NCBI GenBank assembly: GCA_028023455.1
Contig: JAQFVV010000004.1
Coordinates: forward strand, 16,058,001-16,122,000
Length of the DNA: 64,000 nt
Reading direction: 5' to 3'
DNA from: Epiperipatus broadwayi
Taxonomy: Eukaryota > Animalia > Onychophora
Shown one piece after another: positions 52,006-62,054 of this stretch. The notes below the pieces were generated by a model. That model was given only the letters and a program-made list of their open reading frames with translations, was not told the DNA's origin and searched no databases. Both the position numbers and the translations under genes were made by a program. Each line of letters begins with the position of its first letter. Position 1 is the first letter of the stretch.

Positions 52006-53882
52006 ATTCTACCTAACCCACCCTCCTTCTCTTTATATTTATATATAAAGTACGTCGTCTCGTAAATTTGTATAAAACATTATTTATATAAAGTAATGAC
52101 AATGTTCTAAACTTTATTATAACGACTCGATCAGAATTCTATACCACTCTCTTACACAGAATCCTATCACAGGGTGGTTAGTGCTATGGGTGGAGTAATC
52201 AATATCATTGGAAAGCTTTTGCCAATAACATTTATACTCGTTTACTAGAACACGTATTAGCCAATCAAACTTTTATTTATTTAAAGGAAGAAATCCTATG
52301 GGCGCCAGCCGAGCTTGTCGACAAGTCTGCTTGACCAATATGGTCTAGTACCCGCTCCCGCTAGCTCAGCTACAATAATCAATAAAATATACTCCGCCTA
52401 CTTAAAAAATCACTTTTAAAAATCTTTTCTACGCTAACTTTCTCGCTTTCTCTTTTCTTTATTTTAATTATTTAAGTTAAATCTAATTTGAATAATAACT
52501 AAACAATGAAATATTCATTTTTACTATTATACTTCGTTTTGTCTTATAACACAATTATCTACACTTTCGATCAAGTTGAAATAAAATTTAATGCACTCAA
52601 AGTTCTATATTATAAATACAAATTAATCATACGCATACGCTTACATTTGAAATAACAATAAAATCTCATATAAATACATTTGGAAATAATCACACGCATC
52701 CACTGATATTTAAACTCACACTAAAAATACATTTGATAAAATAATTATACACATTTATTTATATTGGAAATCACACGGAAATCTCTGGGCATTGGAGCTA
52801 ACGACAATTAATAGTTCATAAGATAAAGTTCAGAGTTTATTATTACGGCTTTAATTAGTGAGTTAGAAATTGAAATCAATATTACCTAGCTTTCTCCCCT
52901 CTGCACGGTTTTTTGAGCGTTGCTTCAATAGTGTTTCCGTCGGTCAGTTAGCGCTAACTGCTTGCAATCCGTTCCCGATGTCTTTGGAATCATGTGGGCT
53001 CCACGTGGACACTCCGTCTCCTTCTTGTCTATGCGACCATGATCGAAATTGGAACTGTCCGCTGATGGTATTGCCTGGAAGGATTCGGCCGGTTGTTCAC
53101 ACGATGGTTTCAGCAATGCATTATAGTATAATTAATGAACGACAATTGCTTAATAATTGCTTAGTAATACTAAGACAAGCATTGATTTTTTTTAGAATAG
53201 AAAATTTGTCCCTTTTATATTTACAGTTCTTATCTCGCGGATTCAATCTACAATACGTAACTAATCCTCTGGGGTTTCAGTTATGGTCCGTGCTGATTTT
53301 CTGGTGTTCGCATTGGTTATTTAATTTCTTTGTATTCCCTGCTAGAGTTATTTCACTTTCTTTGTTATAGTTATTTCAATTCCTTTGTTAAAGTTTTTTC
53401 CAATTTCTTTGTTAAAGTTATTTGCACTAATTAGCCGTTTGCTGGAAATTTCTTAGGTTTGTCATTAGCTCCCATTGTTTATTACATTTATTCAATTACA
53501 CACATAAATTTCCCTTTTATTATGATTATAAGACAAAACGAATTCCACCTTTCTTTTCTTTTTTTTTTTTTTCTAAAGCAATCTTAAATCGAATTTCAGT
53601 TTAGTCAAATCAAATTTCTAATCAAATCAAATCTAATTATATCAATTTTTAATTCTTTTAGTTTTTATTTAATACGACTCAAAATTATATTTTAGAAAAC
53701 TATTTATTTTATGCTTTTAACGCTCACCTGTCTATGAGAAAAAAAATCTTTATTTTATTTTACCTTACACGAACTTTTAATTTTATTAATATTTACACAA
53801 ATCGCTTATTAATTAATATTATTTTTTAAAATTATATGTACCGCCAACGCACACACACTCCTTCCTAATATATCTCAGTACA
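52006..53882 (-). repeat. 3' LTR (1877 bp)
   Basis: Direct repeat of 55573-57454. Begins TGTAC right after the PPT on the minus strand. Confidence 0.9.
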
Positions 53883-53902
53883 TTTCTCCGTCCCCCCTTT
53901 TT
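53883..53902 (-). promoter_or_regulatory. Polypurine tract
   Basis: Purine run ending ..AAAAGGGGGACGGAGAAA immediately before the 3' LTR TGTA. Confidence 0.8.
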
Positions 53903-54056
53903 GAAACTAAAATATCACTCTGAGGTTTTAGTTTTAACGTTTAATTTTAATTTTATTCGATTTAATTTGATGGACGTTCGTCTTCTCTTATTCTTGGATG
54001 TCCGTATTCCTGTTGAGTTTGCGATTCCGTTATACCCATTGATTTATTAATTTTAT

Positions 54057-55265
54057 TCATGCTCGATCAGGTGGTTCTCTCTTCCTACCATGTGGGTCGT
54101 GGTACCCATTCCATTCCCTGTATCGATCTGGAGGTTCCCTAGGTAGATTGCCATAATCAATCTGTGTTAAAAATTCCGCCATTTCCTCCACTGACCGTCC
54201 GTCTTTACTTAGCATTAGTTGTTGTATATTTGGCGGCATATTCTGGCGTAGTGTTCTGATTATTTGACCATCTGACATAGGGAATGCAGTCAGTGCCTTG
54301 AGTTTTGACACTTGTCGGTAAAAGAATTTCGCATATGTTTCTCCCCGCGTACTTGCATATTTCTCGTGGGATATCTTATACCTGATTCCGTCTTGTCTTG
54401 CTTCATTCCAAAATGCCCTTAATATGGCCCGCCTGTACTCTCCGAATGTTTGCGGTTTCTCGTCCAAGGTGTGCCACCAATCACGTGCCGTCTCTTGGAG
54501 GTAACTGCTGGCCACCGCAACCTTGTCCTCTTCCAGTAAACTTTTATTATAAAACATATTATTCAGACTTTCCAAATGTTTCAGCGGGTTCTCTCCTACC
54601 TCCACTTTAAATACTGAGATGGCAAACTGCTTTTCCATAAATCTACTCGTCTGTTCACTGTGCCTATTCTCATTCTTAAACTCCTCATACTTCTGCTCTA
54701 TCTGTCTTATTTTCTGCCCTGTTTCCCCCACTACGTCTTTATATATCTCCTTTACTTTCGTTTTGATGTCCTTGGTGGTCTCTATTTCCTTCCCTAAATT
54801 CCCTAATTCCTGTCGCGTCGTTTCCTGGCTACTTATTAAGTCTTGACATATTTCTTCCATGCGTACTATTCTTTCTTCTATCTGGCTTTTCCCTATACTG
54901 CTTGACTCTTCCCTTGCTTCTATATTTTCTTTTAATTCTACTACTTCGTACTTTTCTTCTTCTATACTCTTTTTCACTTCTCCTATCACTTCCTCGAATG
55001 CATTCCTTCTTGCTGTCATTTCCTGTTTCATTTCTCTCGTCTCTATCCTAAGTTCATTTATTTCCTCCTTCATTTCCTGTTTCATTTCTCTCATCTCTAT
55101 CCTAAGTTCCTTTATTTCCTGTTGATTTTGTTTAATGTCTTGGCGTATCTCTCTCATCATGTTCATTAACATTTGTAATGCGCTTTCTTCCACTATTTGC
55201 GGATTTTTGAAAAAAATCGGGCTTTCTTCTGGCGTTGCCCTCCCGTCACATCCACTTTCGTCCAT
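54057..55265 (-). CDS. Intact Gag (402 aa): N-terminal coiled coil + retrotransposon capsid domain, no CCHC knuckle
   Basis: Heptad-rich E/K/M region with an in-frame 54-bp duplication (about 55018-55121). Capsid-type segment ..YLQETARDWW..TFGEYRRAILRAFW..KY..GETYAKFF.. Confidence 0.85.
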   Translation of the reverse strand: MDESGCDGRATPEESPIFFKNPQIVEESALQMLMNMMREIRQDIKQNQQEIKELRIEMREMKQEMKEEINELRIETREMKQEMTARRNAFEEVIGEVKKSIEEEKYEVVELKENIEAREESSSIGKSQIEERIVRMEEICQDLISSQETTRQELGNLGKEIETTKDIKTKVKEIYKDVVGETGQKIRQIEQKYEEFKNENRHSEQTSRFMEKQFAISVFKVEVGENPLKHLESLNNMFYNKSLLEEDKVAVASSYLQETARDWWHTLDEKPQTFGEYRRAILRAFWNEARQDGIRYKISHEKYASTRGETYAKFFYRQVSKLKALTAFPMSDGQIIRTLRQNMPPNIQQLMLSKDGRSVEEMAEFLTQIDYGNLPREPPDRYREWNGYHDPHGRKREPPDRA

Positions 55266-55554
55266 TTTTTCTTTTAATAATAACGATAAACTTACGTACG
55301 CACAACCAAACCTAACCTTCCCAGTTCCCCTCTTTTTTTTTTTTTATACTAAAATTCCCCGGAGTGTCCCTATGCCTCCACGTTTTATCTGATTGCAAAA
55401 ATCACCTTTACAGTTGCGCCGCTTACACCGTTTTCTAATTCTACTATCACGCTCCCTTCCGCTTCTTTTTACTAACTATCACTTCTGTCCTCATACACGA
55501 CTCTGGCCACCGCTTGACTCACGTTGGTTCTGCCATCCCAAAACATTTAGTCTT

Positions 55555-55573
55555 GCTCCACGTTGACGCGCCA
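55555..55573 (-). promoter_or_regulatory. Primer-binding site, tRNA-Lys(CTT)-like
   Basis: TGGCGCGTCAACGTGGAGC vs the expected complement of tRNA-Lys(CTT), TGGCGCCCAACGTGGGGC (one insertion, two mismatches). Overlaps the LTR end by 1 nt. Confidence 0.7.
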
Positions 55574-57454
55574 TTCTACCTAACCCGCCCTCCTTCTCTT
55601 TATATTTATTTTTATATAAAGTACGTCGTCTCGTAAATTTGTATAAAACATTATTTATATAAAGTAATGACAATGTTCTAAACTTTATTATAACGACTCG
55701 ATCAGAATTCTATACCACTCTCTTACACAGAATCCTATCACAGGGTGGTTAGTGCTACGGGTGGAGTAATCAATATCATTGGAAAGCTTTTGCCAATAAC
55801 ATTTATACTCGTTTACTAGAACACGTATTAGCCAATCAAACTTTTATTTATTTAAAGGAAGAAATCCTATGGGTGCCAGCCGAGCTTGTCGACAAGTCTG
55901 CTTGACCAATACGGTCTAGTACCCGCTCCCGCTAGCTCAGCTACAATAATCAATAAAATATACTCCGCCTACTTAAAAAATCACTTTTAAAAATCTTTTC
56001 TACGCTAACTTTCTCGCTTTCTCTTTTCTTTATTTTAATTATTTAAGTTAAATCTAATTTGAATAATAACTAAACAATGAAATATTCATTTTTACTATTA
56101 TACTTCATTTTGTCTTATAACACAATTATCTACACTTTCGATCAAGTTGAAATAAAATTTAATGCACTCAAAGTTCTATATTATAAATACAAATTAATCA
56201 TACGCATACGCTTACATTTGAAATAACAATAAAATCTCATATAAATACATTTGGAAATAATCACACGCATCCACTGATATTTAAACTCACACTAAAAATA
56301 CATTTGATAAAATAATTATACACATTTATTTATATTGGAAATCACACGGAAATCTCTGGGCATTGAAGCTAACGACAATTAATAGTTCATAAGATAAAGT
56401 TCAGAGTTTATTATTACGGCTTTAATTAGTGAGTTAGAAATTGAAATCAATATTACCTAGCTTTCTCCCCTCTGCACGGTTTTTTGAGCGTTGCTTCAAT
56501 AGTGTTTCCGTCGGTCAGTTAGCGCTAACTGCTTGCAATCCGTTCCCGATGTCTTTGGAATCATGTGGGCTCCACGTGGACACTCCGTCTCCTTCTTGTC
56601 TATGCGACCATGATCGAAATTGGAACTGTCCGCTGATGGTATTGCCTGGAAGGATTCGGCCGGTTGTTCACACGATGGTTTCAGCAATGCATTATAGTAT
56701 AATTAATGAACGACAATTGCTTAATAATTGCTTAGTAATACTAAGACAAGCATTGATTTTTTTTAGAATAGAAAATTTGTCCCTTTTATATTAAAGTTCT
56801 TATCTCGCGGATTCAATCTACAATACGTAACTAATCCTCTGGGGTTTCAGTTATGGTCCGTGCTGATTTTCTGGTGTTCGCATTGGTTATTTAATTTCTT
56901 TGTATTCCCTGCTAGAGTTATTTCACTTTCTTTGTTATAGTTATTTCAATTCCTTTGTTAAAGTTTTTTCCAATTTCTTTGTTAAAGTTATTTGCACTAA
57001 TTAGCCGTTTGCTGGAAATTTCTTAGGTTTGTCATTAGCTCCCATTGTTTATTACATTTATTCAATTACACACATAAATTTTCCTTTTATTATGATTATA
57101 AGACAAAACGAATTCCACCTTTCTTTTCTTTTTTTTTTTTTTCTAAAGCAATCTTAAATCGAATTTCAGTTTAGTCAAATCAAATTTCTAATCAAATCAA
57201 ACCTAATTATATCAATTTTTAATTCTTTTAGTTTTTATTTAATACGACTCAAAATTATATTTTAGAAAACTATTTATTTTATGCTTTTAACGCTCACCTG
57301 TCTATGAGAAAAAAAATCTTTATTTTATTTTACCTTACACGAACTTTTAATTTTATTAATATTTACACAAATCGCTTATTAATTAATATTATTTTTTCTA
57401 AAATTATATGTACCGCCAACGCACACACACTCCTTCCTAATATATCTCGGTACA
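55573..57454 (-). repeat. 5' LTR (1882 bp)
   Basis: Direct repeat of 52006-53882. Confidence 0.9.
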
Positions 57455-57649
57455 ATATATATATAATGGGTTGGTGAATATTAATCATTCACTCATAATT
57501 GTTGTGTTTTGTAATTACTATGCTCTAATAAAAGATCTAATGTTAATTAGTTGGTTTGTTTTACTTCAAAATAATTATTCAGATTTGCAGTTCACTCAGT
57601 CGTAGCTGGAGACATAGCAAATAAGTGGTGCAGTCACAAAACAAAATTT

Positions 57650-60285
57650 CCTTTTTTGCATATGTTGTCAGTCACCCACTAGAAATTATGTCGATGTTAG
57701 GGCAGAACAGCTTAGGTGAATTTGACGCAAGTAACATGTCAGAATGGTCGTTATATAGAACCCAGATTTAATTTTTTTTACCTTAAATGGGATAGATGAT
57801 AATAAGAAAAAATAACAGCCCTGATGTGTTTTGATGGGGAAAAGGTAATTGAGGTTATCCATAAAAATTTGCCTGAGAAGAACAAGTATGAGGAAATGAT
57901 CAAGAAGTTGAATGATTGGTTTAGCTCCCATCCCTCTCACCACATAGCTAGATTAACTCTCTGAAATAGGAAGCAATTTAGCAATAAGAAAATTAATGAA
58001 TACAATCTGATTTTGAGAGAATTGGTTAAGGATTGTTACTATGGTGATTTCATTGATGGAAATCTTAATGGACCAGCTACTTTGGAGCATGTCTGATAAT
58101 ATGCTCAGACAACAATTGCTAATAGAAACGAAGCTAAGTTACGAAATTGCCATCAAAAAGAGTATGACATATGAGCTGATATTGGAGCAGGCTCAAGTGT
58201 TTAGATTAAAATTTGGGTGAAAATACAAAAATGGGAGTATTTAAAACAAACAGAGGAAGTTTTAGCCCAAGAAAGACAAATACTAGTAACATGAAAATAA
58301 TCTGTTCTGTTGTGGAAAAACAGCCCATTTTTCAGGAAAATGCAAATGACAAAAAGCGGCATGTTTCAAATGCAACAAAAAAGGTCATTTGTCACATGTC
58401 TGTAGACAAGATGACAAGAGAAAAATAAAAGATTACGCACCTATGCCTCATAATAGGGGAGGCAAACTAACATCCACCCACATGATTAAAAATCTAAATG
58501 TTAAATGTATATGCCAGTTTATGATTAAACTATAAATTAATGGTAAAGAAATAGAAATGGGAATTGATAACGGATCACCAATTTCCATAATTTCACAGAG
58601 ATTGGAAAAAATTGTCATCTGATAAGGCAGAGATCGTTTTAGAGAAAACAAATATTAAAATGAGAGACATAAATGGTAATGCACTCAAAATAATAGGCCA
58701 GGTTAAAGCACCAATAAAATACAATGGCAAAAAAAAAATCTACCCCTGTAATCGTTAATGGTAAAATTAGTCCCATTATAGGGAGAGAGTAGTTCAGAGA
58801 AATCGAGATCAAAATTAATGTAAAGAAAATTTTGTTAGAACAATAACTAGTTAATAAATATCCAGACCTGTTCAATGAAAAACTGGGACTAATCGTTTAG
58901 AAATTGAACTACCGGAAAATGCATGAGTGGTTGTTTGTAAACTTCAGAGAAACCAGGATCCAAATTAATGTGAAGAAAATTTCATTAGAACAAGAACTAG
59001 TTTATAAATATCCAGACCTATTCAATGAAAAACTTGGACTAATCATTTCAAAGCCAGTAGAAATCGAATTATTGCACTGATTGTTTATAAATTGCATAAA
59101 ATTTCATTCACACAAAGGATTAAAGTTGAAGACAAGTTAAAATCATTGGTTGATAAAGGAGTGTTGACACCCATTGAAACATCTGGTTGGGCCACCCTTT
59201 TAGTTGTAATAACTAAGCCTAATGGGGAAATTAGATTATGTGGGAATTACTGAATAATGCTAAACAAATTTTTAAATAGGGGAGCTTACCCTGCCCAAAT
59301 GTAAAGGAAGTTTTGACCTGACTGCAAAATGCTTTTTCATGAAGCTAGACCTTAATTCCACTTTCTACCAAATTCAGGTGACCAAAAAATCAGCGGAAAC
59401 CTTGGCTTTAATGAACCACATGCTCTATTCAGGTGCAACCATTTACCTTTTGGTTTGTTACACAGTTTAGAATGGGTCATTCTCTATTTCAATGACATAC
59501 TTATTATGGCAATGTCGCAAGAAATGTGCAACAGACTCTCCATCATATGTGACAAACTAAGCAAGTCTGGGGTTAAATTAAATGCCCGCAAGAGCATCTG
59601 GATGGTAAAAGAATTAACATTTCTAGGCCATTTAATTTCAGACACCATCCCCAGAGAAAGTAAAGGCAGTGAAAAATGTGGTGATACCTACCAATATTAA
59701 GCAGTTACAGGCTCTCTTAGGACTCATAAACTTTTTCAAGCCCTTTTTGGAAAGTAAAGTTCATATAGCTAAGCCATTATATGAATTATTAAAAAAGGGA
59801 TCAGAAGTTGCATTGGTCTAGAATTCACGAAAAAGCATTCTGTCAAACAAAAACTTTATTGGCATCTGAGAAATTATTAGTACACTATATTAATAGCTTA
59901 GATGTAGACTAACAACCAATGCATCAGAGTGGGGATGATGCTATCTCATCATTGTCAGAAAGTGGAATGCCCTATTGCTTATGCATCAAGAACTCTCAAA
60001 ATCAGAAAAAATTATAGCCAAATTAACAAGGAGGCATTGGTTATAATGTTCAGCCTTAAAAAATTCCATCAATTCCTGTTCAATACTACAATCCACTACT
60101 GGGAATTTTGGGTCATGATCATTTAGCTCCCAAACATTTGAGCCCATGCATGATATACTGGAGGAATATGATTACATATTAAAATACAAAATAGGCAAAG
60201 AGATCACACATGCTGGTGCCTTATCAAGAATGCCAGACAAACAAGAACAATCAATGATGGAAGTGGAAACTCAGAAGTGTTGAAT
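57650..60285 (+). pseudogene. Heavily decayed Ty3/Gypsy (Mag-like) gag-pol, truncated before integrase
   Basis: Gag-like MLRQQLLIETKLSYEIAIKK. Protease KINGKEIEMGIDNGSPISIIS (about 58520-58600). RT DKGVLTPIETSGWAT..KPNGEIRLCGNY and LYFNDILI. RNase H ECPIAYASRTL..NYSQINKEAL and EYDYILKYK..HAGALSRMP. Internal duplication about 58790-58895 / 58950-59045. Confidence 0.85.
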
Positions 60286-61976
60286 AGCACTACAAAAAGA
60301 AATTGTATGTATAAACAAAAAAACTACACTCACATCATGCTTACATGTGAGAGTAAACAATATACAGTACATTAAAAAATAATTACTTTGAATAATTAAA
60401 AATCTCACCTTTTATATATTCTTAAACTCAATTATGAAACTAACAAAAAATAAAAACATACCTACTCTTATACTATGTCTTTGTGCATGCACATATGAAT
60501 TAATTGAAATCAGCAAATAATATTCACTGCTCAGGATTTTTTACTTCTTCATTGTATAGGGATCTCAAATTGCAGGAAAGTAATAGAAACCTAACTTCCC
60601 GAAGGTATTAATATGAATGGCTTTCAAATTTATTTAACACATTTATCTGTCTATACTTTAATTAACCTCCAATAAATAAATATATATATTTGTCTGTAGA
60701 AACAGGTTGTCATCATGATATTGGATGTTATAATATTTATCTTAAAGGTTGGCTTTTATTCTCTCTCTTGCTCTCTTTTTAGCGGTTATTTAAAAATCCT
60801 CCGATTTTAGGCAGGCTTTACATGCTCAGACATTTAACATAGCAGGTTCCATTTTTTGGTACCATTCATTACAACTGGCACTTAAAAAAGCATTCTAGTC
60901 CTTCATTATTAAAGGTACTGCAGAATCGTGATATTTTTCTTTTTTTACTTGTTTATAATTTCTAGTGAATAAGAAGCTAGTTTTAAAGATCAAAAATACT
61001 TCAGCAGTTGAAACGTAACTTGCTGGTTAAATGATTTTAATTGTGATCTGATACAAAGTTTGCTCTTAATTTAAAAAATCAGTAAAAACAGAAATGAAAG
61101 TGACCCTATTTATATCCAATAAAACCATGATGCCTGCAGATCAAAACAGATACTAACAATATCAAAAAATACATTTTTACATCTTTTGTTTTTCTTCTCT
61201 TTTTAATTAAAGTCTTTTTAGGGTAATTCTACATTCTTATTTATAGATAAAAAATCTTTCATTCAAAAAATATAAAGGGAAGTTAATACTTCAAAACTAG
61301 TTGCACTTAACTATATCTGCTTGTTTATTTTGAAATTTTCAAATGAGATATTTAAGATAAGACCAAAAGAAAAAAAATGTTATAAGTTTTTTTTCCTATA
61401 GCTGGTTAATAAACTTGAATACATTATTTATTTATTTTTTTACAATGATAATGGAGCCATTTAGGATTTCTTATATCATTCAGTTATGCATAGGGTATAT
61501 GAGCACAGACTTTCACACGAGCCACCGCTCACCACTCTATCTCATATCACTGATAGACTTGAATACATATATGTTGAAAAGATAAATAATCACCAATATA
61601 AGTATTTCATGCTAAACCAGCAATCAACAGTTGGTCCAGATTATCATCTCTACACATATATGCAATAAGTGCTCAGATATATATTAAGATAGCCAAACCT
61701 CATACTTTAATGGATAGCCAAACCTCATACTTTAATGGACAGTCTTCAATCTACTCCACACTCCAACTCTTCAACCTTCCATCCAATTGAGAATCTGATG
61801 ATGGAGTGCTCAAAGGCCACCCTGGGGCCGAGATTCTCATCACACCCAAGTTGACCTAAAGTCAATCTGATCCCTCATGTACAGGACATAATCCATTTAA
61901 TACATACATATTCGAGGGATGAGCAGACATCTCTACTATGTAATAACTGAAATACAGGCTTATTATATACTTGTAT

Positions 61977-61978
<2 letters not shown>

Positions 61979-62052
<74 letters not shown>
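61979..62052. repeat. Perfect (AT)n microsatellite, about 74 bp
   Basis: Uninterrupted AT dinucleotide run abutting the RTE 3' end. Confidence 0.95.

Positions 62053-62054
<2 letters not shown>

Larger units (their letters stand above)
52006..57454 (-). mobile_element. Gag-only (pol-less) Ty3/Gypsy-type LTR retroelement, 5449 bp
   Basis: LTRs at 55573-57454 (5') and 52006-53882 (3'), about 99% identical by eye. PBS 55555-55573, PPT 53883-53902. ATAT on both flanks within (AT)n. A single gag ORF inside. Confidence 0.9.

Noticed and set aside
52870-53370. 166-aa ORF (and the 117-aa copy at 56441, and 63-aa minus ORFs) inside the LTRs
   Set aside because: No recognisable domain, the two LTR copies differ by a frameshift, and they probably reflect a locally GC-richer patch.
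54398-55392. Plus-strand ORFs over gag, and those at 62265 and 63634 over the RTE
   Set aside because: They are antisense shadows of real coding frames.
61785-61840. Hammerhead-like CTGATGA..GGCC..GGCC GAGA hairpin
   Set aside because: It lacks GAAA and a UH cleavage triplet in the right register.
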